DNA from: an uncultured candidate division Zixibacteria bacterium
Lineage (GTDB): Bacteria; Zixibacteria; MSB-5A5; GN15; PGXB01
Reading direction: 5' to 3'
NCBI GenBank assembly: GCA_963702205.1
Contig: OY969724.1
Location: 3,424,001-3,488,000 of the forward strand
Length of the DNA stretch: 64,000 bases
Shown: piece after piece, positions 10,504 to 22,126 of the stretch
Numbering within the stretch: the first letter of the stretch is position 1
Layout: each line of letters begins with the position of its first letter
Made by a program: the position numbers and the translations under genes
The notes under the pieces: generated by a model
Seen by the model: only the letters and a program-made list of their open reading frames with translations
Told to the model about the DNA's origin: nothing
The model's database searches: none

Positions 10504-13401
10504 CTAAGCACGGGCGTTTTGACCGACCGGAACTACCTGAGCGGGCTTCTTCGGGAGATGAGTCTCAATAAGTTCATACAGGCGTTCGGGATTAATCGGT
10601 TTGGAAATGTGATCATTCATTCCCGCCGCCAGGCATCTCTGGCGGTCGCCTTCCATAGCGCTGGCAGTCAGAGCGATTATCGGGACCTGATTATTGAGAT
10701 TATTGGCATCGTCCCGGATTTTTTGAGAGGCTTCCAAACCACCCATAACGGGCATCTGTATATCCATCAGGATAAGGTCGAATACGTCAGCCCGTGTTTT
10801 ATCCACGGCCTGACGGCCGTCGGTGGCAACCGTAACTTTATAGCCTTTTTTTGCCAGCAGCTTTTGAGCCAGCTTAACATTGATTAAATTGTCTTCGACC
10901 AGCAGGATACTGTATGAAAGCCCTGGTTCCCCCGCTTTCACATGGCCGGCACGACCCTCAGTGGAAGGTTCGTGTGCTTTTGTTTTTTTCATAATATGTT
11001 TTGCAAACCGCGAGATCAAAAGATCAAAAATGGCCGAATGCCACAACGGCTTGCGTACGTGGATGTATTTCGTATCTCCGAGATCGATATCCGCCGCCGA
11101 ATCGGGCGTCCCGCTGTCCGCCAATATTATCAAATGATTTTTGGAAAGTTTCAGCGATGAAATGACCGCTTTCAGACAAACTCGGTTTTCTTCCGTCGGT
11201 TCACAATCGACAATAACCAATTCAAACTTACCGGAATTATTGCTTCCCGGTCTTAACATTTCCTCACATTGTTCCATTTTGCCGCAAGCCGTAACACTCC
11301 ACCCCCATTGATAAAGCAGCCGTGCGAGAATTTCTCTGTTGGAATCATTTTTCATCAAAATGAGGGCCCGGATATTCTCGAATATCCGCGATTCTATTTC
11401 ATTTTTGCAGGCCGCCTCCGAGACGGCATCGGATTTGACCGTAAAATGGAAGGTTGTGCCCGGACCGCCGAGTTCTTTTTGATTGGTTGGACTCTCCACC
11501 CAAATTTTCCCGTCCATCAATTCCACGATCATTTTCGAGATACTCGTTCCCAGGCCGGTTCCGCCGTAAAGTCTCGTGATGGAATTATCACCCTGGCTAA
11601 AGCTTTCGAATATTTTGTCGTGCTTTTCGGGCGGGATACCGACCCCGGTGTCGGATATTGCGAAATGCAGCCGGTACGGTTGCTGACTATCCCCCGGTTC
11701 GGCGGAAACGCGGAGTGATATTTCTCCTTCTTGCGTGAACTTGATGGCATTCCCGGTCAGGTTGATAATCACCTGGCGAAGCCGTCCCGGATCGCCTTTA
11801 ATCGTCTCAGGTATCGACGGTGAGATATCATAAACCAGTTCCAGATTTTTCTCGCAGGCCTGAAAACCCAATGTCCGCAGCGCTTCTTCGACTTCGGATA
11901 TCAGATTAAATTCGACCACGTCGAGATACATCTGACCCGCTTCGACTTTTGAAAAATCCAGAATGTCATTGATAACTCTCAACAGGTAGCGCGAGGATGA
12001 CTCCACCATCTCGAGAGATTCCCTCTGCTCCGAAGTCAGTCTCGTTTCCAGGCAGAGAGCCGTCATGCCGATAATCCCGTTCATGGGGGTGCGGATTTCA
12101 TGGCTCATATTGGCCAGGAATTCGCTCTTTGCCTTTGAAGCCGCTTCCGCCTCTTGTTTGGATTTTTCCAATGCTTCGACCAGCCCGGCGAGTCGTTTTG
12201 TGTTCTCTTCAAGAGCTTTGAGGTTCTTTTTACGTTCGGTTATGTCTTCGATAATATTTCCAATGTATATCGTTTTTCCGGAATCGTCTTTAATACTGAA
12301 AATATTCTGATTGCATGGCATCTTTCGGCCTTTCAGCGAAACCAAATCCGATTCTGTAAGCTGACGGGTGCCGGTTGCAGCCATCTCTGCCACACCCATA
12401 TTGATCGAATGCTCTGCTTCGGTCGGGTAGAAATCCGTTATGGGCTTGCCGACTGAGCCTTTGCCGGTGGGATCATCCAGCATTTCACACAGAGTCGGAT
12501 TATGGTAAATCGTAAAACCTTCCAGGCTGGCCACCCCCATTCCGAGCGGGGCCATCTCGAAAAACTTCTTGAAAATGGCCGACTGCTCCTCGGCGGCGCG
12601 ACGGACGGATATCTGGTCCTGCAATTCCATGGTCCGTTCACGGACGCGGCTTTCCAGTTCATCACGAGCCCTCTTGAGCGCCTGATCGCTGTGCTCGATG
12701 CGATCCAGCATTTTATTGAACTCTCCGCTCAGCAGTGCCAGATCATCGCTCCCTTCCGCTTTGACCCTGATGGAAAAATCATAAGTTTTTGAGACTTCGC
12801 GAACCGCCCCCACCAGTTTTTTGATGGGATCGGTTATAGTCTTGTGCGAAAATTGCGACAGTCCGAAGACTATAATCAACCCGAATAAAATCATGAGTGA
12901 CAAGGCCAGAGTGCTCGCCCGCGCGACGTCGTGAAAGACTTTCAGGTCATACTGAAGATAAAGCACGCCATAGTACGAGCCCCCGTTCATTATTCTTTCG
13001 TACACCTCCACGTATTCATCGCCGAAATCGACCACATAATTTTCCTGCCCGGCCACGAAAGAAAGCATTTGGGCCGTCGCAATCTGGCAGGTGCTGTCGG
13101 TCCCTTTGAATTTGGCGAAAAGCACTCCGGAATTGTCCAGCAGACGGGCCCCTATGATTTTCTCGTCATCTTTCAAAGTGCCGAGAATGCGGGTCGCCAT
13201 TTCAGGATCGTTCGACATCAATGACGGGATGCTTTGCACACCAATCAAATGGGCAATTGAATTGAGTTTGGCAGCGGTCACATTTTTGAGAACTCTGGTA
13301 TCGTATATTTTAAGGGCTACTGTACAGACGATCAGGACGATCAACGCCGTGACAAGCTGTATAAAAAACAGCCGACTCTTTATGGATTTGCCCCTGAACA
13401 T
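10504..13401 (-). CDS. Hybrid sensor histidine kinase (periplasmic sensor-HAMP-PAS-HisKA-HATPase-degenerate REC-REC)
   Basis: [16 protein letters not shown]-box, [41 protein letters not shown]. Confidence 0.95.
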   Translation of the reverse strand: MFRGKSIKSRLFFIQLVTALIVLIVCTVALKIYDTRVLKNVTAAKLNSIAHLIGVQSIPSLMSNDPEMATRILGTLKDDEKIIGARLLDNSGVLFAKFKGTDSTCQIATAQMLSFVAGQENYVVDFGDEYVEVYERIMNGGSYYGVLYLQYDLKVFHDVARASTLALSLMILFGLIIVFGLSQFSHKTITDPIKKLVGAVREVSKTYDFSIRVKAEGSDDLALLSGEFNKMLDRIEHSDQALKRARDELESRVRERTMELQDQISVRRAAEEQSAIFKKFFEMAPLGMGVASLEGFTIYHNPTLCEMLDDPTGKGSVGKPITDFYPTEAEHSINMGVAEMAATGTRQLTESDLVSLKGRKMPCNQNIFSIKDDSGKTIYIGNIIEDITERKKNLKALEENTKRLAGLVEALEKSKQEAEAASKAKSEFLANMSHEIRTPMNGIIGMTALCLETRLTSEQRESLEMVESSSRYLLRVINDILDFSKVEAGQMYLDVVEFNLISEVEEALRTLGFQACEKNLELVYDISPSIPETIKGDPGRLRQVIINLTGNAIKFTQEGEISLRVSAEPGDSQQPYRLHFAISDTGVGIPPEKHDKIFESFSQGDNSITRLYGGTGLGTSISKMIVELMDGKIWVESPTNQKELGGPGTTFHFTVKSDAVSEAACKNEIESRIFENIRALILMKNDSNREILARLLYQWGWSVTACGKMEQCEEMLRPGSNNSGKFELVIVDCEPTEENRVCLKAVISSLKLSKNHLIILADSGTPDSAADIDLGDTKYIHVRKPLWHSAIFDLLISRFAKHIMKKTKAHEPSTEGRAGHVKAGEPGLSYSILLVEDNLINVKLAQKLLAKKGYKVTVATDGRQAVDKTRADVFDLILMDIQMPVMGGLEASQKIRDDANNLNNQVPIIALTASAMEGDRQRCLAAGMNDHISKPINPERLYELIETHLPKKPAQVVPVGQNARA

Positions 13402-13624
13402 ATCGATAAAATCCCAACCGTCGCATTAATAGCGGCCGGTCTTGAAATACACTCAATGCCCCCTTCGCATTGTATATTTTGATTTCGGCAGCAGTTTGTA
13501 GCCGCCCTTAATTCTCTATATCGGCAACAGGATGATATTAATTAGCGACTAACGTATTGACATAAAAACGGTTACGGGCCTGCGTGCTTAATCTACCGCA
13601 ACTCCGTTTGAAAAATGAAAGGTG

Positions 13625-14461
13625 TTATAAAAGTTCGCGGACGGCCGATGCGGGATGGTTCGGATCAAATTTCACTATCGCCAGTTCCGGGCCGCTGTGG
13701 GCCGCCGAAATGCAGATCGTGTCGCCGATGCGATCCTGCCACGATCCGGTCACCGATGGCGACTCGTGGATATGCCCGCTCAGCACCACAAGGGGCCGCC
13801 GCTCTTCGATCAATCTCCGCAACGCAACACTTCCGACATTACGGTCTTCCTCGGGAATGCCGGCCCAGCCCAGACGGTCGAGATTGGTCTTATGCGGCGG
13901 GGTGTGGATCATCAATATGGCCCGGCCCAAGTCATCCTGACCGGTCAATTCGTTCAGATCGGCGGCGATGGTCCGGCTGCGGTATTCATCGGCGTCGAAT
14001 TGCACCGTGTGTATGCCCTTGTCCGGAGCCATGCAGCCGTTTCTCAGGGTAAAATCGATATCGTAGCGCTCCCAGTCCTTAAGACGAAACGGCGTCGGGG
14101 GCACGTACGTATATCCGTAAATGGTGCATTCTCCCAGTGTCGCTTTTTTGAAATGAACGTACTCCCACAACCCGTTCTTCTGCGCTTCGATAAAAGTCTT
14201 CTCGGTACGGCGGACGTCGTCGTTGCCCATTATAAGAAACACCCGGGGATACTTATCGCCCAGGCGCGTTTTGGCATGTCTGAATTCTTTAAGCAAAAAG
14301 TCATGCAGAAAATCCGCCCCGCCGCCACCGGACATATATCCGTGGGGAAGCAGGTCGCCCCCGAACAGGACCGAATCGGGAACTTCTTTTTCGATCGCGG
14401 CCAGCAGTTTGTTGTACCGCGATTCCGATCCGTGCAGGTCGGCCACGAAAAAACAGCGCAT
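13625..14461 (-). CDS. Calcineurin-like metallophosphoesterase
   Basis: ADLHG, GGDLL, MGNDD, HTPP, SGHIHE motifs. Confidence 0.88.
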   Translation of the reverse strand: MRCFFVADLHGSESRYNKLLAAIEKEVPDSVLFGGDLLPHGYMSGGGGADFLHDFLLKEFRHAKTRLGDKYPRVFLIMGNDDVRRTEKTFIEAQKNGLWEYVHFKKATLGECTIYGYTYVPPTPFRLKDWERYDIDFTLRNGCMAPDKGIHTVQFDADEYRSRTIAADLNELTGQDDLGRAILMIHTPPHKTNLDRLGWAGIPEEDRNVGSVALRRLIEERRPLVVLSGHIHESPSVTGSWQDRIGDTICISAAHSGPELAIVKFDPNHPASAVRELL

Positions 14462-14508
14462 AACCCATCTTATGAATTTTCATGATATATTGCCAGATAT
14501 AATTCAAT

Positions 14509-14538
14509 AAAAAAGGCCGGTGAACGATCACCGACCTT
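14509..14538 (-). terminator. Probable intrinsic terminator after the dsrK-like gene
   Basis: On the minus strand: aaggtcggtga/tcaccggcctt stem followed by a T run. Confidence 0.6.
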
Positions 14539-14559
14539 CGGAAACAACGTAAGAATCTA

Positions 14560-16173
14560 TCAATGGAACTCATCCCATTCGACAAAGCCGTCTTTGACGT
14601 CGGTCATGGCATTGACAACCAATTCCACCAGACCGCCGTACTGCATATGGACTCTCTCCCAGGCGTCGTAATAGGTAATCAAATCGCGAATCTGTCCCTT
14701 GCAGTTGGAACAGGGTGCGCAGACGTATTTGTTCTTCGACGGATCGAGTTCTTCGTGCGTGAAAGCTTCGAGAATCTGCCGGAATTTGCGCCGTCCCGAA
14801 ACCGCCGAACGCCAGTTCGGGAAATTGTTCGACTGCATGATGGCAAAACCGCTGCCGCCGCCGCAGCAGTAATTGTGGACGCCGTGCGGGGTCATTTCAC
14901 GGAACTGCGGGCAGATTTTCTTGATGACGTTTCGCTGCGGCATGATGATACCCATCGAGCGGGTGATATTGCACGGGTCGTGCAGCGTTACCGGGAAGTT
15001 GTTCCGTTCCGGGTCGTACTTGATCTTGTTGTTCAGGATGATGTCTTCCAGCGTCACGAAGCACGATTCTCTCGGGATATTTTCTTCCTGCAGCCAGATA
15101 CGATCCCCGATCGCCATGGCGGCTTTGTGGGCGTGGCCGCACTCACCCATCACGACTTTTTTGACACCGAGCTTCTTGGCGATCTCGGCGTGCTTGAGCG
15201 TCACCCGGGCGTACTGGGCGTCGTCGTAGAAAAGGCCATAGTTGACTGAATCATAACCAACCAGGTCGCTCGACATGGTCCAGCTCAGACCCGCCGCTTC
15301 GAAAATGACGGCGAACGCTTCGACGTTCTCCGGCCAGGACAAAAACTCCCCGGCATTATGAATCAGCAATATATCGGCACCCGCTTTATCGAACGGAAAT
15401 TTAACCGAAAGACCGGTCCTATCGGTCAGGTCTTCCTCGGCGAATTCCATCATATCCATCAGAGCCACGGGTGAAATACCGGTCGACGACCCCGTCGCCA
15501 ATTGCTTGACGGTTCCGTCGGCGTGCAGTTCCTGTGGTGCGATCCCCAGTTCCTGGCTGAACAGCTTGCGGATTTCGCGAGCCAGCAGGCCATTGTCGAC
15601 ACCCATCGGGCACGTCTGCGCGCACCGGCGGCAGAGAGTGCAGCGGTACGACATCTGGGCCAGGCGGGCGACCGTCTCCCAGTTCAGATCGATATCGGCC
15701 CCGGTGAATTTGGCCGTAAGCTTCCCCCCCGGCTTGATATACTTGCGGATAATTCTCCTCAGCGTATCCGACCGGAAAAGCGGGCGGTATATTTCCAGCC
15801 GTCCGCTCTCATTGAAAACCGGACAGGCCGCGCTGCACGTATTGCATTTGACGCAGTTATCCAGCGAAAGCATAAACGGTCTTAAAAAGGTCCAGTTGCT
15901 GTCCTTGTTCAGCAGCTTCCGGAGGCCATTTAAAAATTTCGCGACCATTTCCTTTTTGGCCTCTTCCGTTTCAGGGACCGGCACCTTGACGTTTAAAACG
16001 CCATCGAGGGAAAGATCAATTCCGGCCCGTTTGTTTTCCGGCACTTCGGGCAGGTCGGGATCGACCCAGTCCTCGTATGGGTACGGAAGTTTCGGCAGTT
16101 CTTTGAAATCGAATTGGAACAGCCTGTCGACGTCTTTGCCGAGGTCTTTTATGCGAATATCTTTATCAGTCAT
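14560..16173 (-). CDS. dsrK: DsrK/HdrD-like Fe-S oxidoreductase (ferredoxin + CCG domains)
   Basis: CVKCNTCSAAC and CTLCRRCAQTC motifs, ECGHA, HDPCN, YCCGGGSG, CAPCSNC; ATG 16173 overlaps the upstream stop. Confidence 0.8.
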   Translation of the reverse strand: MTDKDIRIKDLGKDVDRLFQFDFKELPKLPYPYEDWVDPDLPEVPENKRAGIDLSLDGVLNVKVPVPETEEAKKEMVAKFLNGLRKLLNKDSNWTFLRPFMLSLDNCVKCNTCSAACPVFNESGRLEIYRPLFRSDTLRRIIRKYIKPGGKLTAKFTGADIDLNWETVARLAQMSYRCTLCRRCAQTCPMGVDNGLLAREIRKLFSQELGIAPQELHADGTVKQLATGSSTGISPVALMDMMEFAEEDLTDRTGLSVKFPFDKAGADILLIHNAGEFLSWPENVEAFAVIFEAAGLSWTMSSDLVGYDSVNYGLFYDDAQYARVTLKHAEIAKKLGVKKVVMGECGHAHKAAMAIGDRIWLQEENIPRESCFVTLEDIILNNKIKYDPERNNFPVTLHDPCNITRSMGIIMPQRNVIKKICPQFREMTPHGVHNYCCGGGSGFAIMQSNNFPNWRSAVSGRRKFRQILEAFTHEELDPSKNKYVCAPCSNCKGQIRDLITYYDAWERVHMQYGGLVELVVNAMTDVKDGFVEWDEFH

Positions 16174-17083
16174 TTTTCGGCTCCTTCGCAACTTCGCCCC
16201 AGCTCTTCCCGGTTTGGATGTGCCCGGCGGACCAGCCCACCGGCCGTCCCAGAAGATTCACTATCCGTCGCTCGATCCTGCTGCCCCGCGCATTGGGAGT
16301 ATCGTTCCACCTGACGGCATGATACAGGAAGTACTTGGCCACGAAATGCGACATCCTCGTCAGCGGGATATAAAGTATAATCAGCGAAATCAGGACCAGT
16401 TCGGCCGCAAACAGGCCGCTGGGAACAGTCGCGTTCGAAAACGAAACCAGCGACGCGACATACGACCGCGTGTATACAAACGAGGGGTCGGCGCCAAGCT
16501 GGCAAATCAGCGTCACGGCGGTCACCGCCACGAAGAACAGCAGGTTGAAATATTCAATAGGCGCATTGAATTTTCTCTGGTCCTTGTCACCCAGACGCCA
16601 AAACAAAAGCCCAATCGCACCCAGCCCGGCCAATACCAGGCCGATATAGCCGACCGGTATCGTAACCGCGTGGACAATCGCTCCAAAGCCCGAAGCCTGC
16701 GGACCGACGGCAACCCCGGCCAACTGAAGAATCGCTCCGAAAAGCAGCAGCACCAGCCAGCCGATGGTCACATACAATCCGAAATGGAAAGGAAAGCTGA
16801 AATACCACAGGGTTTTTTTATTGTGAAAAATGCCCTTCAGGAAAATTATCTCCTCACCCATTTCTTTGAATTCATTAATCAGGTCGGAATGACGCGGCTT
16901 GGTCCACCAGTCCAATTCTTCCAGGTACGACCCGCCATACGATGATCGGCCCTTTTCGTGCGGGACCGGGTACAGCTCCCAGCGCATGGACTCCGGGGCG
17001 GTCGCGTAACGGTATGCCTTATAAAACATCGCCGCAAACGACACGATAAGCGAGATGTAAGTTATAATCTGTACTGCCGGCAT
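16166..17083 (-). CDS. dsrM: DsrM/NarI-like membrane cytochrome b
   Basis: Multi-TM; RWELYPVPHE, FHFGLY, YIPLTRMSHF heme-ligand His; coupled to the dsrK-like gene. Confidence 0.75.
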   Translation of the reverse strand: MPAVQIITYISLIVSFAAMFYKAYRYATAPESMRWELYPVPHEKGRSSYGGSYLEELDWWTKPRHSDLINEFKEMGEEIIFLKGIFHNKKTLWYFSFPFHFGLYVTIGWLVLLLFGAILQLAGVAVGPQASGFGAIVHAVTIPVGYIGLVLAGLGAIGLLFWRLGDKDQRKFNAPIEYFNLLFFVAVTAVTLICQLGADPSFVYTRSYVASLVSFSNATVPSGLFAAELVLISLIILYIPLTRMSHFVAKYFLYHAVRWNDTPNARGSRIERRIVNLLGRPVGWSAGHIQTGKSWGEVAKEPKND

Positions 17084-17128
17084 TAATGCAACTCCTCTTT
17101 ATTTATCTTTGCTCTCATTCTTCAATAC

Positions 17129-17635
17129 CTACGGGCACCCCTGGGCGGCCACGTCGTCGCTGTCCCGCATAACCTCATCGGGATTCGCGTACGGCACCTC
17201 CTGATATTCGGACCGGACGCGGTTGATCCAGTTCTTGTCGATCAGGTCGGCCAGCGTAAATTCCTCGAGCGTCTGCATGACGCGGTGATTGACCAGCGCC
17301 CAGATCAGTCTCGTCTCGCAGAAGCAGCTCGCCAGACAAATATCCGGACGGCTGACACATTCGGTCAGGCCGATCGGACCTATCAGGGCGGTAACCACAT
17401 CGGCGACTTTAATCTGGTCCGCGCCGTGAGCCAGCCGGTAGCCGCCGTTCTTTCCCGAAACACCGATCAACAGCCCGGCCCCTTTCAGCGACATCGCCAG
17501 TTGTGCCAAATAGTTTTCGGACAAAGCCGTAATACGGGCAATCTTGCCCAGATGGGTCAGTTCGTCGCCGTTGTTGGCGCGCGCCAATTCGACCATCATC
17601 CTAAGTCCGTATCTGGCTCTTGTAGAAAACTTCAT
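17129..17635 (-). CDS. Rrf2-family regulator with Cys cluster (IscR-like)
   Basis: MKFSTRARYGLR..YLAQLA..G..GGYRLA; ECVSRPDICLASCFC. Confidence 0.92.
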   Translation of the reverse strand: MKFSTRARYGLRMMVELARANNGDELTHLGKIARITALSENYLAQLAMSLKGAGLLIGVSGKNGGYRLAHGADQIKVADVVTALIGPIGLTECVSRPDICLASCFCETRLIWALVNHRVMQTLEEFTLADLIDKNWINRVRSEYQEVPYANPDEVMRDSDDVAAQGCP

Positions 17636-17821
17636 ATTTATATTCTCTGCATATTAGACGCTAAACATTAGTAAAATGATAAGTTTTATAACAAAAAATG
17701 TCAAGTGAATCTTTTCACTTAAAATGAAATCTATGAATTGCTAAGCTATTAATATATACTAAGATAATAATTCTAGTGAAATATTTTCCGACACTTAATT
17801 GAATAAAGCGGGATTTGGGTC

Positions 17822-19129
17822 TTACGGACACGACGGATCGGGGCCACTGCCGTAGATCGAGTCGATCAGATACAAGATATCCAGCAAATTCAGACTTTGG
17901 TCGGAATTTACATCGCCCGACTCCGGCGGGTCCGGATCAAGTCCGTCACCATAGATAGCATCTATCAAATACAAAATATCAAGCAGGTTTATGGCTTCAT
18001 CGCCGTTGCAGTCACCGCATACGAAATTGCCATTCGTCAGATTTAAAAACACCGCGAAGTTATCGTCCCAGAAATTGGCCACGGCCAGATCAATATCCCG
18101 GTTAGCGTCAAAATCCGTCGTGCAAATAGCCACCGGGCAGTCTCCGGCCGGGTAGGTCGCGGCGTTTACGAATATCCCGTCACCCTGATTCATAAGAACC
18201 GTAATATCATCCGAAAGGCTGTTGGCCGTGACAATATCAATGTCGCCGTCAAAGTCGATATCAAGCAGGCCTATATCGGCCGGCCACTGCCCCACTTCGT
18301 AATCGACCGCCGGTGCGAAAGTACTGTCACCGTTATTAAGTATGATTGAAACCGAATTGCCGTCATAATTGGCGATAGCCAGGTCGATCGTATTGTTGCC
18401 GTCCAGAAGTCCCGCGGCGAGAGCGTACGGCCCGGTTCCGGCATTGTGATTGAGCGGAGGATCGAACGTGGCGTCGCTGTGATTGAACATGACGGAAATC
18501 ATGCCGGGATTGTAATTCGCAAGGATCAAATCCTCTCCCCTGGCTCGGTCCAGATCGGCGGCAGCCACAGCGGTCGGGCTGCCCCCAACCGAATGAGAGA
18601 CGGCCGGGAAAAACGTCCCGCCTCCCTGATTGTGAAATATGGAAACATCGTTCGACTGGGTATTAGCTGAGGCCAGATCGATGTGACCATCGCGATCAAA
18701 ATCGGCAGCGCAAAGCGACCTCGGCATAGATCCGGCCGCATATGTGACGGCGTCGTCGAACTCCCCGTCGCCGTGACCCCAGAATACCGAAATATCATTA
18801 CTGCCGTTATTGGCACAAACCAGGTCAACATATGAATCTCCATTTAGCAGCCCGGCATAGATCGAAACCGGGTACGTGCCTGTAACACAACTGTCCGAAA
18901 CTGTAAACTGGTTGTTTCCAGTGCTCAGCATGACGATTATCGCATCAGCGCCTGAGACAACCACGGCAACGTCCGGCTCACCGTCGTTATTGAAATCTTT
19001 CGATACAATATCGCGGGGAAACGACCCGGCCGGGTAAAAAACAGGTTCAGAAAAAATAGCGCCCTGGGCGTAAATATTGGAGAATGTCGCCCACAAACCG
19101 ATATACAGTATGAGTAAGACGGGTTTCAT
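17822..19129 (-). CDS. Secreted FG-GAP/VCBS repeat protein with C-terminal dockerin-like module
   Basis: Signal peptide; repeated DFNxDGxxDLAxAN units; CGDCNGDEAINLLDILYLI...GDVNSDQSLNLLDILYLI. Confidence 0.85.
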   Translation of the reverse strand: MKPVLLILYIGLWATFSNIYAQGAIFSEPVFYPAGSFPRDIVSKDFNNDGEPDVAVVVSGADAIIVMLSTGNNQFTVSDSCVTGTYPVSIYAGLLNGDSYVDLVCANNGSNDISVFWGHGDGEFDDAVTYAAGSMPRSLCAADFDRDGHIDLASANTQSNDVSIFHNQGGGTFFPAVSHSVGGSPTAVAAADLDRARGEDLILANYNPGMISVMFNHSDATFDPPLNHNAGTGPYALAAGLLDGNNTIDLAIANYDGNSVSIILNNGDSTFAPAVDYEVGQWPADIGLLDIDFDGDIDIVTANSLSDDITVLMNQGDGIFVNAATYPAGDCPVAICTTDFDANRDIDLAVANFWDDNFAVFLNLTNGNFVCGDCNGDEAINLLDILYLIDAIYGDGLDPDPPESGDVNSDQSLNLLDILYLIDSIYGSGPDPSCP

Positions 19130-19427
19130 TGCTTATCCCGTTATTGCCAAACGAATTATATTGACGGCAAGTAAACAGTTAAAGATAATATAGCCTGTGG
19201 GGCCGTTATGTCAACATCACAATTCACCCTTAATGCGATCTTAATGCGTATAAACATAGGCTATATGAATGGTTGACATACTGGAAAAAGTTGATATTAT
19301 GAAATATACCGCCCCTGGATACTGCTTTGAAGATTTTATGATCGAACCATCGTTACCCTTTATCGGTTCCATATAATAGAGTATTGCTGTGCCTGTGGGT
19401 AAATAAAGTTAAAAAGGAAAAACAACT

Positions 19428-22058
19428 ATGAATTCCAAGTCGATCGGCAAAACGACTGTCTTATGTGCCGCTTTCGTTTTGATGCTGGCCGTCGCTTCAT
19501 CAGGAGTAAGTTTGCATCCCGATGTCAAGGCCAAACTCATGGCTGAGGGAAAATGGGAGGATTATGTCGCGCAGGACATAATTAATCATCAAAGAGGAAT
19601 AGACAACCCGCCTCAAACACGCGCCAATGCCATAAAAGCGCTTGGCGAAAACGGTGTCGTCGATACCGTGCACGTCTTGATTTTGCTGGTTGATTTTTCC
19701 GATAAACCATACACCGGCGGAGCCGTCGCCGCGACACCGGCGCAATTCGATTCGGTTCTGTTTTCACAGGGTCTGAATCCGACCGGCTCCATGACCGAAT
19801 TTTATCTCGAAAATTCATACGGTAAATTTTTTATCAGCGGTGAAGTGTACGGCTGGTTCAGGATGCCTCAGACCTATGCTTATTATGTCGACGGGCAAAA
19901 GGGCTTTGGATCATACCCCCAAAACGCCCAGGGCCTGACCCGCGACGCCGTCCTTGCCGCCGATCCGACCGTTGATTTCTCCCGCTTTGATAATCTGGGT
20001 GGTGGCGACGGTTATGTCGACGGTCTTTTCGTTGTCCACGCCGGGACGGGTTACGAAGAATCCGGCAACGTAAATGAAGTTCACTCGCACCAGTGGAACC
20101 TGCCGTCCAGTGTTCTGGTCGATGGCGTCAGAGTTAGTGCCTATTCCATGGAACCCGAGGAATCGGCCATATCGGCAACAATCTCACCCATCGGCGTTTT
20201 CTGCCATGAATATGGCCATGTGCTGGGGCTTCCCGACTTGTACGATATCGACGGAAGCCCGTCAACGTCCGACGGCCTGGGTCGCTGGTCGCTGATGGCC
20301 GGAGGCAGCTATAACGGTGGATCGCGAAGCCCATCGGAATTCGACGCCTGGAGCCGGGTTTTTCTCGGTTTCGCGCCGGCGGTCCCGGTCACGGGCAACT
20401 TGACCGGTGTTGAACTTCCCGAGGTGGAACGCGAACCGGTTATTTATAAGCTTTGGGCCGGAGGAGTATATTCCGGGCCCGAATATTTTCTCGTGGAAAA
20501 CCGTCAGAAGGTCGGATCAGATCAGGCTCTGGCCGGTGATGGATTGCTGATTTATCACGTCGACGATTCCCGTTGGGGAAATTATGACCCCGCTCATTAT
20601 CAGGTTGCGGTGGAACAAGCCGACGGCAAATTCGACCTTGAATATGGACCGGGGTCAAGCGACGCCGGTGATCCCTACCCGGGCTCCAGTAACGTCCGGT
20701 CATTCGACGATCTGACAACGCCCAACAGCCGAGACTACAACGGAAATATTACCCAGGTATCCGTTTGGGATATTTCCAATTCCGACTCCTTGATGACGGC
20801 CAACCTCGACGTTTCCTGGTCGCGGCCGAATCTGGTGATGGACTCGTCCAATTTTGTCGATGCCAGTTCCGACGGCAATTTCGATCCGGGCGAATCGGTC
20901 CAATATTATTTTTATCTGGAAAATGCCTGGCTCGACGCCACCGACGCCACCATAACCATGACGTCCACCAATCCCGGAATCGTCTTTGGCAATGCATCGG
21001 TTTATAAATCCAGCATTCCCGGCAACGGGACCAAGACCGATAATATCGGAGAACCGATAACTTTCACGATACCCGACCCCGTTGAGCCGCGCTACGATAC
21101 ATTTTACGTCGAGATTACCGCCAACTCCGGGGCATACACCCAGACCTACTCGTTCGAACACATTGTCGGGACTCCCAAATTTCTTATCGTCGACGACGAC
21201 CGGGGCGACAATTACGAAGAAACCTATTTTGGCGATCTTTATAGGCTGGGCATCCCGACACGTACCTGGACCGAACTCTCGCAGGGTGCACCTGCTACGG
21301 GTGATTTAAGCCCTTATGATTTTGTGATCTGGTTCACGGGCGACACGTCATCCAATCTCATACAGCCCGACGACATAACGGCCATGAAGAACTACCTTGA
21401 CGGCGGCGGCAATTTGTTTTTAACCGGGCAGATGATCGCCGAGGAACTCGACGCCGAAGACTCCACGTTCATGGCCAACTATTTGCACGCTACCTACGGC
21501 GGCTTTTATTTCGGATTGGTGCAGCAGGGTATACCGGGTTCGATAGCCGATGGATTAACCGTCCGCTATACCAGTTTCGCCCATCAGTCCTATCTTGAAG
21601 GCAACTCGATCAATCCCATTAACGGCGGGCAGGCGATGTTCCAATATCAGGGCGGACCGATCTCGGCCGTATCGTACGATGGTGACTACAAAGTTGTCTT
21701 CTTCAGCTGGGGCTACGAGGACGTCTCAAACGATTTCGGCAGTTACGATAAACGTGATTCGGTCATGGCTCGGGTGCTCGATTTCTTCGGCGGCAGTGCT
21801 CCACCCGCCTGCAACTGCACGCCGGGCGAAGCCGATGGCCAGCCCGATACGAACCTGCTGGATATCTTATACCTGATATCCTCGGTCTATGAAAGCGGTC
21901 CCGATCCGACACCGTACCCCATGTGTTCCGGTGACGCCAACTGCGATTGTCATGTCAATCTGCTGGATATATTATATTTGATTTCTGACATCTATTCCGA
22001 TGGTCCCGCACCGTGCGATTGCGCCGGATGGCAAGGCTCCTGCGGCACCCTGCAATAG
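19428..22058 (+). CDS. M6 (immune inhibitor A)-family metallopeptidase with C-terminal dockerin-like module
   Basis: Signal peptide, VLILLVDFSD, GVFCHEYGHVLGLPDLYD, WSLMAGGS, YFLVENRQ; paired NLLDILYLI. Confidence 0.92.
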   Translation: MNSKSIGKTTVLCAAFVLMLAVASSGVSLHPDVKAKLMAEGKWEDYVAQDIINHQRGIDNPPQTRANAIKALGENGVVDTVHVLILLVDFSDKPYTGGAVAATPAQFDSVLFSQGLNPTGSMTEFYLENSYGKFFISGEVYGWFRMPQTYAYYVDGQKGFGSYPQNAQGLTRDAVLAADPTVDFSRFDNLGGGDGYVDGLFVVHAGTGYEESGNVNEVHSHQWNLPSSVLVDGVRVSAYSMEPEESAISATISPIGVFCHEYGHVLGLPDLYDIDGSPSTSDGLGRWSLMAGGSYNGGSRSPSEFDAWSRVFLGFAPAVPVTGNLTGVELPEVEREPVIYKLWAGGVYSGPEYFLVENRQKVGSDQALAGDGLLIYHVDDSRWGNYDPAHYQVAVEQADGKFDLEYGPGSSDAGDPYPGSSNVRSFDDLTTPNSRDYNGNITQVSVWDISNSDSLMTANLDVSWSRPNLVMDSSNFVDASSDGNFDPGESVQYYFYLENAWLDATDATITMTSTNPGIVFGNASVYKSSIPGNGTKTDNIGEPITFTIPDPVEPRYDTFYVEITANSGAYTQTYSFEHIVGTPKFLIVDDDRGDNYEETYFGDLYRLGIPTRTWTELSQGAPATGDLSPYDFVIWFTGDTSSNLIQPDDITAMKNYLDGGGNLFLTGQMIAEELDAEDSTFMANYLHATYGGFYFGLVQQGIPGSIADGLTVRYTSFAHQSYLEGNSINPINGGQAMFQYQGGPISAVSYDGDYKVVFFSWGYEDVSNDFGSYDKRDSVMARVLDFFGGSAPPACNCTPGEADGQPDTNLLDILYLISSVYESGPDPTPYPMCSGDANCDCHVNLLDILYLISDIYSDGPAPCDCAGWQGSCGTLQ

Positions 22059-22079
22059 ACTAATTTTCGAGCATATAAT

Positions 22080-22108
22080 AAAAAGCCCCGCAATTTGCGG
22101 GGCTTTTT
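22080..22108. terminator. Bidirectional intrinsic terminator
   Basis: aaaaagccccgc-aattt-gcggggcttttt between convergent genes. Confidence 0.85.
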
Positions 22109-22126
22109 AATTCATACCAATCAACT

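Noticed and set aside
15506..16945. 479-aa plus-strand ORF
   Set aside because: Antisense shadow of the dsrK/dsrM-like genes; Arg/Ser-rich with no motifs
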